A stretch of DNA of 64,000 bases, taken from NCBI GenBank assembly GCA_003693705.1, contig RBZT01000125.1:248001-312000 (forward strand), given 5' to 3'. Positions 43,250-56,901 of this stretch are shown one piece after another (position 1 is the first letter of the stretch; each line of letters starts with the position of its first letter). A program made the position numbers and the translations under genes. This DNA is from Polymyxa betae A26-41 (Eukaryota > Protista > Endomyxa: Phytomyxea). The notes beneath the pieces were generated by a model that saw only the letters and a list, made by a program, of their open reading frames with translations, had not been told where the DNA came from and did not search any database.

Positions 43250-43770
43250 TTGGCTATGCTGGGCTTCTGTCAACGAACGCCTTGGTCGTCAGTTTAATGT
43301 CGGTTAATCGACGAGTTCTCGGAATGAAAGCAACTTTCGTAAATAGCAGCTGTGTGTAAAGTTAAAGCCGCGCTTTATAAAAACTCGGTTGAAAATCGAC
43401 TGGATTTCTTTCACGACACTATTACGGGTGTGCTCTCAAAGATGAACGTTGTCTGACATTATTACTGATCAAAAGTTCTTTCTCTGCCGACAAGAAATCG
43501 GACCTAAAAATCCAGAATCAACGACATACTGCGGCCGGATTCTAGGTATAGGCCGGCTATCAGATACCCTTAATCAGCGACCGCCTTCCCCGGAATGATC
43601 AATTATCAACATTCTGCTGACGAATCGAGACAAGAAATCAGACAAAACCAGGGAGAGGTTTATATGAGACAGCACTAATAGGTGTGTAGGGACGAGGTAC
43701 ATGGCACGGACTGCGTGACGGTCTTGGGATTAGTCAGATCTCGGGTTCAGTTTCTCCCTCCTTGTATATC

Positions 43771-44044
43771 ATGGTGAGTTGCCTAGTCGTTGTCGTCATC
43801 CCAGCAATGCTGATCTCATCGTTATGAATAGCCATCGCACAAGACGTTCCGTACCAAGGTGAAGCTGGCCAAGAAGGCCCGTCAGAACCGCCCTCTTCCT
43901 CAATGGATCCGTATGCGTACCGACAACTCCATCCGGTACGTTCGTTTGTTCATTGATGCTGGTCGTACTAGCCGCCCCTAACGTGTTCGTCTCAGATACA
44001 ACGCCAAGCGTCGTAACTGGCGTAGAACCAAACTTAACCTGTAA
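43771..44044 (+). CDS. RPL39: 60S ribosomal protein L39 (eL39), 3 exons with an ATG-only first exon
   Basis: Spliced translation M|[35 protein letters not shown]|[15 protein letters not shown]. Confidence 0.97.
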
Positions 44045-44203
44045 TCGGATCGAGCCGTGATGGTGCCCGAATAAACCCTCCTGTTTTCTAACGATGTTGT
44101 ATCGACATGTTATGTAATGCTCTATGAAGCTGTGATTGTAGATCATCTGCTCGTTGAGTCTCTATCACAATCATTATATACCTGGACGATATAAGCGTCC
44201 AGG

Positions 44204-45363
44204 TCACTTCATACCTTCAGCTCGTCGTGATCGTTCTTGGTCCAGCTGCGCCTTCAATCTAGGTTGAGAGTCAGTTTCGGTCGTATGTGAGATAGCGGTA
44301 TATGGTCGTACTTGTCAATATCATTGGTGAACTTGGTCTCCATAACGGCCTGATGCTCTTGATTCTGTTTCAATGCACGATGGAATTCGCATTTAACTAT
44401 GAAAGCGGAATGGGTTATATAGTGTTGATATCAAGTAGATATAATACAGACCTGATTGTAATGGTTTCATAGTTGTATATTGTGTATAAGTATTAGATAG
44501 ATCTGATATCAATAGATGTGGTGTTGTACATCCACATTCATCACATTGCAATACAACCTAAATCCACATAATCGGTGATCAATCGTCTCGGGGAAACCAA
44601 ACTCTATTAGAACTGTTCAAGAATTATTCCAAATAACAACCATGATCTGACCGTGGCGTTATCGTCTGCTGGTTCAGTGTCGACCTCGCCCTCGTCATCA
44701 TCTATCATTAGCGAGCTGGCTCCTAGTTCGACCCCAAACCTGATGCCCAGCTGACGCCAACGCTTTCCGCAGCAGGACATTCTCTTCGGTCAAGATCCTG
44801 TTCGCCAATACCAACGACGACCGCCGGGCGTCACGTTCATGATCCGTCGCCGGCGTTGTCGCATCCGTCGTGTGTATCCGAGGCGTGCACGACCCTAATC
44901 TGGACGCCATCGTCGGAGATAGATGGCGGGCCTCGAATCGCGCTCGTTCATGGACGTCGCATCGGCGTCGATCATGATGTCGGTCGGTGTCGCTGGCCAG
45001 TACCATGATCGGGTCCTGGCGGCGGGCCGGTACGGGCGGCGACCGCGGTTGCTGCTGCTGGGCGCCGCGCAGACGCAGACGCAGGGCGTTGGCCGCTGCA
45101 CAGACCGACGCCAGGCGCCGTTCGAGGCGCGATTGCTGGCGACGATGCGTGACGATCAGACGACGGTCGTACTGGCGCTGGGCCAGCAGCGCCTGGATCT
45201 CGGACTTGGCCTGGGACAGGGACAACTCCAGGCGATCGGTCTGCTGCTGGAGCTGGTCGTACCGCTCCCGACCCACCGCGTCTGTGATGACATCGGTCGC
45301 GTCCAGGTCGAACTGGCTCAGGTCGACGTCGAATCGGCCCCAATGCGGGGCGTCGTCGTCCAT
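44204..45363 (-). CDS. Hypothetical coiled-coil protein, multi-exon
   Basis: GC-rich first exon with heptad patterns (ORF 44698-45468, ATG at 45363). Later short exons end LKAQLDQERSRRAEGMK*. Confidence 0.55.
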
Positions 45364-45929
45364 CTGGTGGACCTCGGGAGGTCCAGTACGGCTGCGATCC
45401 TGAAACTGAGAGAAGATCCCGATCCGGTTACTTGATGATTGGACCCTGCATGTTATGGTCAATGTCACCTAACTACAGGTAGACAGAATCCAATCTGTCA
45501 CAATCCTGTCTGTCACATGTTCATGAAACTCTATGACAGTGCCCGCCCCAATCATACAGCAATTCTCTTCAATAAATGACTGAAATCGAGGAAATACATC
45601 AATATTGATTATATCTAGTTTGTGGGAAGTTTCTCGTCATGTCCGACAGATGACGAAGTCTGGATCTCTTTATCTGTGCTCATGCTTGTCGTAATACTTG
45701 ATCATGTATTGTTAACAATGATTCCAATTATGAATATATCCCGCTTATGAATTCTTCAGAGACGCAATGACGATTGAGAAGGCCATTCTACCCTGTATGT
45801 TTACTAAATCATAGAACTACCCCAATAATAACCTTGACTGTACATGTAATGTTACATGTTGTGTATCATGAGTGTATCATTGAGCGCTATATAATCTTGT
45901 ATAGTGATAGAGATCTATATTTAATATCA

Positions 45930-47680
<1,751 letters not shown>

Positions 47681-47788
47681 GTCGACATCCGTGGTCGTAC
47701 AGGCCGCCGGTCGCTCGTTTCGCAACTCCGTCAATAAACCCTTTCATTGAATTGCAGCACACTTGAGATCATAATAGTACAGCATCTG

Positions 47789-47803
47789 AAACCCTAAACC
47801 CTA
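47789..47803 (+). repeat. Short telomere-like (AAACCCT)2 tract
   Basis: AAACCCTAAACCCTA downstream of the AADAT stop codon. Confidence 0.6.
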
Positions 47804-48166
47804 CCTCATGACCCTGTGACTATTATACGACCACGACCCGTCATATATTATAACATCTCCAATGATGATATCAGATGTATTACAGAGTCTCTCATTAACA
47901 ACCTCATCTGATAGAAAGCTTACGAGCCAGTTCCTATCAATACCAACATGTACTAATACAACAATCATAGATCATGATCTACATGCAATCAAGGATGAAG
48001 GATCTCTAACAAAGATCGCCTGTAATCATGGATGGAATACCATACTCAATGGTAACGACAATCTTCTACAATTGCAGAGCAAGTACGACGACGCTATCGG
48101 TGAAAGCGGCGCCATTGAACCGAAACGTGAGAACGGCGTCGATCTCGACCTAATCTATAAATTTTA

Positions 48167-49088
48167 TTAATGACATTGTCGACGTCGAGATACAGCCTTT
48201 GACAGTGATCTGTTCAGTGTCTGGCAGCGGGCCAGTGCGACCTGGATGGCGTCGGACAGAATCGATTCCGGGATTGGTGCCCCTCCAGGTTTATGAACAG
48301 ATACGAGTTCATCATGTTCATTACATACAATAGTGATGAGACCAGATCCCAGACGTTCTTCATCGGCATTCGGATCGGCGATTAAATGTCCATCGATCTG
48401 TGTTAGCGATAGCGATAGCGTCCTTGGACCGATCTGGAGTGCGGCGAACTCGTCGTTCTGGACGCGAAGATCCCCTTTCAATACCGACCCGGATTCATCC
48501 CTCTAACAGAACAATCAATGAAGATGAGACGACGACGAGGTCGTGACGAACCTGAATGATAGGACGAGGAAGACGAAGATCTGCTAAAGCTCCATTAACA
48601 GCTAATAATGCAGCATCCATTGGATTTCCATCATAATTAAGAAATACGAGATCTACATACAGAACCCAGACATGGGTACCGGACTCAATACACAGGTCGT
48701 ACAGGTCCACGACACCGCCACGCTCCAAGAATCGGGAGACGGCGCCGGCCACGCTCAATGACAGCTGGTTGGGTTTGCCGAGCGCGAACGACGTGGAACA
48801 GAGCGGGCTGAGGTTGACGGCGACGTCGACGAAGCCGCGGTCGGGGGCGTCGAAGGCGGGCGTCGTGATCTCGGCCTGAACGGCGCAGAGGACGGTCGTG
48901 TCGCCCATCTTCACCGAACACGATCCATCGACGCAGGAGATGGCGCCCAACGTCGTACTGGTCTTGCGGCAGGACAGGAGCGGGCGACCATCAGGCCGGA
49001 TCCCTTCGGCCAGAAATCGACCGTGAAAATCCCTCGGGTTGATCACACGGAACGCCTGCAGGTCGGCCGTCGACATCGCCGACGCCAT
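48167..49088 (-). CDS. EXOSC8: Exosome complex component RRP43 (RNase PH family)
   Basis: FLAEGIRPDGR, GSCSVKMGDT, LCIESGTHVWVLYVD..LNYDGN..DA, DLRLP, ADPNADEE, HKPGG. Confidence 0.92.
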
Positions 49089-49192
49089 CGACAATCGACA
49101 CGCAGTAAAACAATTTGCAGTTTTTTTTCGAAATTTTTTTTATAAAAATTCTGATAAAGTCGCGGGATTATTTGAAAGTTTTTTCTCTCGAG
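49089..49192. promoter_or_regulatory. Putative ~100-bp bidirectional promoter between RRP43 and NDUFAF7
   Basis: Very short AT-rich spacer with poly-T tracts between two divergent ATGs flanked by GC-rich first exons. Confidence 0.5.
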
Positions 49193-50803
49193 ATGGGATT
49201 GGGCGTCATGAAGCGGGCGTGGCGATGCTGGACGACGATGCCGATGGCGACCTGGCACAGGCCCCGATTTCTTTCGGATCGTGTCGAGATCGATCGCGGT
49301 CGCCTGTTTGAGCAGGTCCCAGGTCGGCCCGATCGTTGATCTCAACATCATCTGGACGAACTGTTTTGCTCTACAGAATATGAAGGACAGTTTACCACAC
49401 CTTTACAGCAAGAAATTCATCGAACTCTATCTGTACGTTGAAGGAAAATTCAATTTGACGAATATGATGTCTATTCTGCCATTTAATCATGAACAGATAT
49501 TCGGTCCAATATCGATCGCTAATTACATGAAACGAGCTCTTCTACACCCGTCTATGGGATATTATACCAATAAGGACGCATTCGGCAGCAAAGGGGATTT
49601 CACAACATCGCCGGAAATCAGCCAGCTGTTCGGCGAGGTCTATCCGATTGATTGGCAGATGCTGTTGTCCTGATTTATCGTAGATGATTGGAGTCTGGAT
49701 GAAGACCGCCTTTGAAGCTTTAGGACGTGGAGATCGTTTATCTCTGGTTGAACTTGGACCAGGTCGTGGTACGATGATGTCTGATATTGTTCGGGTATGA
49801 TATTGCTCATTGTATTGATTATGATGTCATTGATGTTGTTAGACAATGATGAAATTAGGAGTGAAAGCTGATATACATCTGATTGAGCAGAGTCCTCTAT
49901 TAAGGCAGATACAAGCTAAAGCTCTGGATGGATTTATTCGTGATCATGATCTTCGTGTTCATTGGCATCATCATCTATCATCGTTCGAACCTCAACCCAA
50001 CGTACATTGTTTCTTTTTAGCGTTTTTTTCTAAACCTTTTATTTACACTTTTTTGAATCTTTTAGCAATATTGTCGTGTCGATTTTTGTTCCACCGATGA
50101 TTGAAGAGTTTTATGACAGGAAACGATCCTATTCGTGGCTCAAGAGTTCCTGGACGCCCTTCCCATCCATCAATTTCAATATACGGATCAGGGATGGCGA
50201 GAGCGTCTCGTGGCCGCCAACCAGCGCCCAGGCGCCTCCCACCCGCTCCAGGTCGTGCTGGCTCCGCAACCAACCCCGGCCTGCCAGCTGATCGAGCGAG
50301 CACCGCAACGCCCGACGTCGCCGCGCGTCGGTGACGTGCTGGAGATCTCTCCGGAATCGGTGGCGATCGTGGATCGGATCTGCGCTCGTCTGGCGACGAA
50401 TCGTGGCGCTGCCCTGATCATTGATTACGGCAGCGATCAGCCGGATGGTAATACACTTCGTGGTGTTGATCGGCATCAGTTCGTGCCGTTCTTGGAACGA
50501 CCTGGACGTGTTGATGTCACAGCTGATGTGGATTTTGGGTCGTTACGTGAAGCTGTTGAATGTTGGAGAGAAAGCGGTATCAGGGCGACAGCTACGGTTG
50601 AACAAGGAAGGTTCTTAACATCCCTGGGGATTATGGAAAGAGTTGAACGTCTTGTTGATCAATGTGAATCTGAAACAGATCAAGATATAATTATTGCTGG
50701 ATATGAGAGATTAGTAGATCCAGAACAGATGGGTGCTGTATATAAATGTATGGCAATTGTATCTGAGGATACATATGATCAGATACCAGGATTAAGTTCA
50801 TGA
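49193..50803 (+). CDS. NDUFAF7: NDUFAF7/MidA mitochondrial protein-arginine methyltransferase, multi-exon
   Basis: GPISIANYM..L.HP..GYY, GDFTTSPEISQLFGE, VELGPGRGT, AQEFLDALPIHQF, IDYG, DVTADVDF, QMGAVYK. Confidence 0.94.
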
Positions 50804-50817
50804 GCCAGTATTCCAGT

Positions 50818-51500
50818 TCAATACCACAACATCCCCGGACGACAAACCAACTCCTCGCCCTTCTCCAAGCAGTTCGATATTCGGCCTGCAATAAATTTCG
50901 TGTTGTGATCTCGAGGATCACCTGACATGTTGATAATCGCAATGACAAAAGGAAACTGTCTCAGAGCTCGGAACCTCTGTCGTGCCTTGAGTTGTAACTT
51001 ATGAGTTAAAACCGCTCTCAACAAGCAGCAGACAAGTCGGTGACATTCTGCATCCGCCTCCCGGATGGCCTACTAGCTTGATCGGCATCATCGTCGAAGG
51101 CTTGAAACAGGAGAGGCTAGAATAAAGCCTGGTTTTATAAAGTTCAATGCGATCAGATACAGAAACCAGCTCGCATCTGTCTCCATCGCGTGGATGCCTT
51201 TGTCTGTCAATGCCGCTGAAACAAGACTCATCATTCTATAAGCTCGCGTCGGTTTATGCATGAACTGGATTGCGGGTCTGGACCCAGAACATATTCGGCG
51301 GATCCCAAAGGGCGAGAACTTGCAACACGAGGCACGATACTGCCATCTTAGCAGCGCTTTTATAAAGCGCAGCTTAGGCCCAGGTCGCTATATGGCATCT
51401 CGTATCAACTTTATGCCAACGGCGAAATGGCCCGGACAAGCCTTTTCAAAGCGGAACAAAACTTACTGTATTTCGACAGTGAACTCCTCAATAACCTATT
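50818..51500 (-). CDS. Possible small multi-exon hypothetical gene
   Basis: Open frame 50818-~51070 with upstream candidate exons. No motif recognised. Confidence 0.25.
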
Positions 51501-51621
51501 CAATGATCGGGTAATTGTAGGGTGGAATGAAGGGCGAACTCTACAAATGAAAACGCTCATCAACTTTCTTAGCGAAACAATCTATTAAATATATCGTTTG
51601 GTACTAACATCACAATGATCC

Positions 51622-54600
51622 TTAAAGAAGACATTGATCTTCACGAATGGTCGATAAAGGCTCTGCAGACAGCTATTTACTAACTACGGCTCAGCTAGAG
51701 AAAGCAACACACCTTTCTTTTGATAATGCAGTATGAATGGGTGAACTAACACCTGGTTCATTGCGGGTCGCTTGGAGGGATCTTTACAAAGTAACTGCAA
51801 ATCACACTTTAGAACGACGAATAATATAACAACATTACCACGAACGCTCTCAATCAAAGATTGTGCCAAAGGATCGCTATGACTACTGAAAACCGGGGCC
51901 TCGTTCGCAACCTAAAGAAAGAACTAAAAAAACGCCTAATACAAAGCGAGATAAGTTCTCTTACAAGGTTCAAGTCTACGACATTATCGCTGACAGAGAA
52001 TGGAACTCTGCCAACTAGAAGAGTAAAAGCGAGAACACCCAAACTCCAGGCGTCAACAGCCCAAGTAAGGTTGTTGATCAGCGACCCGTCATTCAGACAT
52101 TCAGGCGGCCGAACAGGCAGATTAGTGATGCCAATTGTAGGACCAGCTAGTTTTGGAATACCATCTGGACGGAAATCACTCAGACACAATATAAGCGACA
52201 CTGAAGTGATTACTGGCAGTCAACAGAACTTTGTGAACTGCAACCTGGCAATGAACCATCCCCTTACTGTGGATGTAATCCAAAGCGTTTGCCAAGCATG
52301 ACATTAGGAAAGCCACATCCTATATCAAAACAGCTTAGCCAGGCGGAAAAAAACGGCCCAGCACTTTAAGCGGTACCGATGGAGGGAAAACATATTTTTT
52401 CGACAATAAGTCTTGCAGATGATTTGAAAGTGGTTTCGAGTTCGCAATGTACTCTTGTACGATGTAGATCCATCGATCATCTTCAAAAGAACCCAACATA
52501 CGGCGAAGATATGGGTGCCTATATAAAGCTCAATTCTGATGGATTAGACAGAACCTTTCTATTACATCAACTGCCCCAGCATCTCAATTCTCTGAATGAG
52601 AACATCAGACATCTTTGATTTTTCTATCTTTTTGCGAGAAATCTTATTAATGACATAACGAGTCGACGTCTGGTGTTCAACTAATGCCGATTTTAGACCG
52701 CATGAGCAAACAACAAGGAAGATGCCCCACTAGCTAAATAATGGATTCCGAAAGTGCCTTGCCCAAGCTCTGATCGAATCTGAAAGTCAGATGCTTTCCA
52801 GTATCTATGACCTTGACTATCGCGTCGAGACCTGCTGCGGCTACCTCGGGATGACACTGTTTTAACTGAATCTGAGCTCTGCCCCGGCATGTCAGCTTCA
52901 CCAGGAGCGTTTTCTTTAGCATCTTGCTTGTTGCGCTGCGAAGGTTCAAATTACAGAGCTAAACAACTTCAACAGGACTCACTTTAGATGCAGAACCGTT
53001 GGAACCTGTTCCTGGCCTGGATCCAGTAAGAGGATCACGTTCACCCAGAACCGCCTTCGATTTAGGCTTATGGAAGCGATCCTGCTATATGTCAGGGTGA
53101 TGCAAAGGAATTATAGGTCATTCTTACTAATTGATCGAGTTTGCTTTGTAACGATTCAACTAGTGAGCATTGCGAATCGAGTTTCATCTGCCATGCGCCG
53201 TCGACTTCTGCAATTCGAAGTTCATGGAGCTCTTGCAGCTCTTTCAATGCAGCTCGTTGTTGTTCCTGAGCGAGGTCTTTTTCATGCTGTATGGCATTCC
53301 GAACAACAGATTCGTTCTAAACATATTAGAATAACTGTAGGACTCCTTCCTAGACTTACTTCAACTTGCATCACAGATCTAGTAGCATCAACAGCAGCTT
53401 GCAACTGTTCCTGGAATATCGCTTCGGAAGATTCGACGATAGCTTGCCATTCTCTAGCCGTCTCGGTCTTTGCCTTTTCAACCATAACCAGTTGTTGGGC
53501 TCTACTCGCTTCCACAAACTGAGCGATCTGAAGTTCCTGCTCTAATTTCAACGCCTGAAGAACTTGCTCATGATCATCAGCCAACTGCTTTTTCTGGGAT
53601 TCGAACTGTTGAGTGATCTCGCAAATACCATCCTCAAGATTTCGGTGAAGAGCCTCGATCTCTTTCTGCTTTTCCGCAATTACCCCATGAAGACGCTCGA
53701 GCTCTGCAGTATTAGCAAGCAGAGTACTGGAGAGCTCATCCCTATTTGCAGTAATGATTTCCCTCTCTTTCTCGAAAGATTCTTTGATGGAAGCTATCTT
53801 GTCTGCAGATGCAATCTGGAGCGTGCTCAACGTCGCAGCAAATTCAGTCTGCTGATGCTCTATAGCTAATTGCAGCTCTTTCAATGCAGCTTGTTGTTGT
53901 TCCTGAGCGAGGTCTTTTTCATGCTGAATGGCATTCCGAACAACAGATTCGTTCTAAAAATATTTAGAATAACTGTAGGACTCCTTCCTAGACTTACTTC
54001 AACTTGATTCACAGATCTAGCAGCATCAACAGCAGCTTGCAACTTTTCTTGAAATATCGCTTCGGAAGATTCGATAATAGATTGCCATTCTCTAGCCGTC
54101 TCGGTTTTTGTTTTTTCAACCATAACCAGTTGCTGGGCTTCACTCGCTTCGACAAACTGAGCGATCTGAAGTTCCTGCTCTAATTTCATCGCCTGAAGAA
54201 CTTGTTCATGATCATCAGCCAACTGCTTTTTCTGGGATTCGAACTGCTGAGTGATTTCGCAAATACCATTCTCAAGATTTTGGTGAAGAGCCTCGATCTC
54301 TTTCTGCTTTTCCGCAATTACCCCATGAAGACGTTCGAGCTCTGCTGTATTAGCAAGCAGAGTACTGGAGAGCTCATCCCTATTTGCAGTAATGATTGCC
54401 CTTTCTTTCTCGAAAGATTCTTCGATTGAAGTTATCTTGTCTGCAGATGCAATCTGGAAAGCGTTCAACGTCGCGGCAAATTCAGCCTGCTGTTGCTCTA
54501 CAGCTAATTGCAGCTGTTCAATTTGCTCCCGCGGACTTTCCTCATTACTGATTTTCATCGCGATCTGCTGACTCCTGAATTGCTCCTCTGAGTGCTGATC

Positions 54601-56901
54601 AAGGCAAGTTTCTGTACATGAAATTAACATCACTGAATGAAATATACGAGATTTTCGTACCAAGATAGGCCACCTTTAAGCTATATGTGGAGTCAATAAG
54701 ATTCAGAGTTTCAACACGGTTCTAAAAATTGAGCATTTCAGTTCTAGAAGTTGTTAACGGAAACAGGTGCTTACCTTCAATTCGATTTCATATTCTCTGA
54801 TGAAGTATTCGAACTCTTGAATCACTAACTCTTGATCTTTGAGTTTCTCGTTAAGATTTCTGAGATCCTGACGTCTCACATTAGATACCTTCTGTGCAAT
54901 TTGTATAACTGAAGTACTTGGTCCCGGCTTTCCAAAGAATGCAGTAGTTCCGATTTCTCTTGATCTGAGAATACAAGCTGAGTCTTATAATTGTGAACTC
55001 GGTCCAGAAGCACCCCGGCACCATCCGCTTTGAACTTGGAGATCTTAACCTGAATACTTCTCAGATGCTAAAGACTGCAAAAACGAAAATATCACTTGGG
55101 CATTTAAGTCATTGATAACAGTTCGACAAAGCTGTAGCTCTTCCTGAAGCTTGCTAATTGTAAGTTCGGAAAATTCTAATCGCTTTGATGAACAGGCCAT
55201 CTGGGCATCGAGTTCAGCTTTAAGGCGTTCCTCGAATGATTTAGCCTGGAACCATATCAAAGAAAGGCAAGTTCGTAGCACAATCTTGTACCTGTTGTTC
55301 GAGAGCTTTGTTTGCAGAAGTTAGCTTCGACTGAAACTCCAAGCGAGCGGCGTCGAGTTCAGCTTCTTTGACTGCCAAAGTCTTCTTGTACTCTTGATGG
55401 ATGGCTGCAATTTCTGACTCCTTTGACTTATTCACAGCAGCCAGCGATTCTTGTAAAGTCTCGGCAAACGCTCTTTCCCGTTGCTCGGTGTCTTCATCCT
55501 ATAGACAAGTTAGCAACTAGCAAGACATCATGCTCACGAAACAACCATGCTCTTTTGAGAAGCTATCACTTCATTCAGTTCTGCAATCTGCGTTTCGTAG
55601 TTTTGGATCAACAAGCTGATTGTGGATTCAAACTCGGATGTCTTAAGTTGAATAGCTTCTTCAACTCGGGGAAACTCAGCTTGAACTTTGGCAGATTCAT
55701 TACTGGATTGTGTAGCATCTGCAATAACTTTCTTCTGATCATCATTCTCAGCCTTAAGAGTTTCAATTTCCAATTTGCTTTCTTTGAGTTGGTTTTGGAG
55801 TTCTGAAAATTGATGCATGTGGTCTGATCTGAGCTCTTCTAGAATCTTCATCTCATCCTCTTTTGCACTTATAATACTTTCAAATGCTGCCTTCTGAGTC
55901 ATCAGATCAAGGTCGAGGTTTTCTCGAGCAGTTTTTAATGCTGTCTCAATCGCCTCTGTAGCATCTGCAATAGCTTTTTTCTGATCACCATTCTCAGCCT
56001 TAAGAGTTTTAATTTCCAAATTGCTTTCTTTGAGTTGATTTTGGAGTTCTAAATATTGATGCATGTGGTCTGATCTGAGCTCCTCTAGAATCTTCATCTC
56101 ATCCTCTTTTGCACGAATGATACTTTCAAATGCTGCCTTCTGAGTCATCAGATCAAGGTCAAGGTTTTCTCGAGCAGTTTTTAGTGCGGTCTCAAGCGCC
56201 TCTGTAGCATCTGCAATAGCCTTTTTCTGATCACCACTCTCAGCCTTAAGAGTTTCAATTTCCAAATTGCTTTCTTTGAGTTGATTTTGGAGTTCTAAGA
56301 ATTGATGCATGTGGTCTGATCTGAACTCTTCTAGAATCTTCATTTCATCCTCTTTTGCACGAATGATACTTTCAAATTCTGCCTTCTGAGTCATCAGATT
56401 AAGATCCAGGTTTTCTCGAGCAGTATTTAGTGCGGTCTCAAGCGCCTCACATTTACTGCTGATTGCTTTAAGCTCTTTGTCATGAGAAACTGTCAGCGCC
56501 CATCGGCTACGAATCTCATTTTCAAGAAGCTTCTCGAGTTCACAGACGGCCGTTTCAGAGGACGCACTGAGATCGATTTCCTCGGCCAAAGCACTGACAC
56601 AATTCTCGACTTCTGAATGCAAGACCTGAGCGCCGTGTACTCCGGAGAACAGTGTTTGAACATTATCACGAACGTTATCAAGCGCATGAACGCCTTCGTT
56701 CAGGTTGCGCTGCAACTCGGAATAATCAAGCTCGGCAGTTGCAACATCGTTTTCGTTAAATTCGTAAACGACCTTCTCTCCAACATAGGTTTTGCTGGAC
56801 ACTTTTTTCTTCAACGCCAAAACGATCGTGGCAACCGCGATCATTACAGTCGCGATGACAGGAACTGCCCATTGCAGGACTGAGCCGTCCAGCGAGACCA
56901 T
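51622..56901 (-). CDS. Membrane-anchored long coiled-coil protein with a C-terminal Aurora-like pseudokinase domain, multi-exon
   Basis: N-terminal TM WAVPVIATVMIAVATIVLAL-KKK. Successive exons splice in frame through the rod to KENAPG and then WKASDFQIRSELGQGTFG, HPYL, YIVQEY, LDYIH, PPE, VDAWSLGV, GRVPF and LL.KDPSKRP..QVLVHPFI. Confidence 0.75.
53235..54515 (-). repeat. Two-copy ~638-bp intragenic tandem duplication including an intron
   Basis: Near-identical blocks offset by 637-638 nt; compare ORFs 53282-53884 and 53881-54663. Confidence 0.93.
55711..56448 (-). repeat. Three-copy 246-bp (82-aa) coding tandem repeat
   Basis: The unit EALETAL.TARENLDL.LMTQKA.FESII.AKEDEMKILEE.RSDHMHQ...KKAIADAT occurs three times. 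Confidence 0.95.

Noticed and set aside
43380-43630. Possible C/D-box snoRNAs upstream of RPL39 (GATGA...CTGA motifs)
   Set aside because: I could not identify a canonical RTGATGA box with a terminal stem or an rRNA-complementary guide.
43796-44146. 116-aa minus-strand ORF
   Set aside because: It is the antisense shadow of the RPL39 gene.
44895-45435. Several overlapping ORFs on both strands
   Set aside because: These are expected in very GC-rich sequence with few stop codons; only the minus-strand coiled-coil frame looks protein-like.
51622-51660. Possible CaaX box at the end of the pseudokinase gene (EDQCLL*)
   Set aside because: The cysteine is third from the end rather than fourth, and the last exon is only inferred.
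55711-56448. Repeat array as CRISPR or a mobile element
   Set aside because: The units are in-frame coding repeats with no unique spacers, in a eukaryotic gene.
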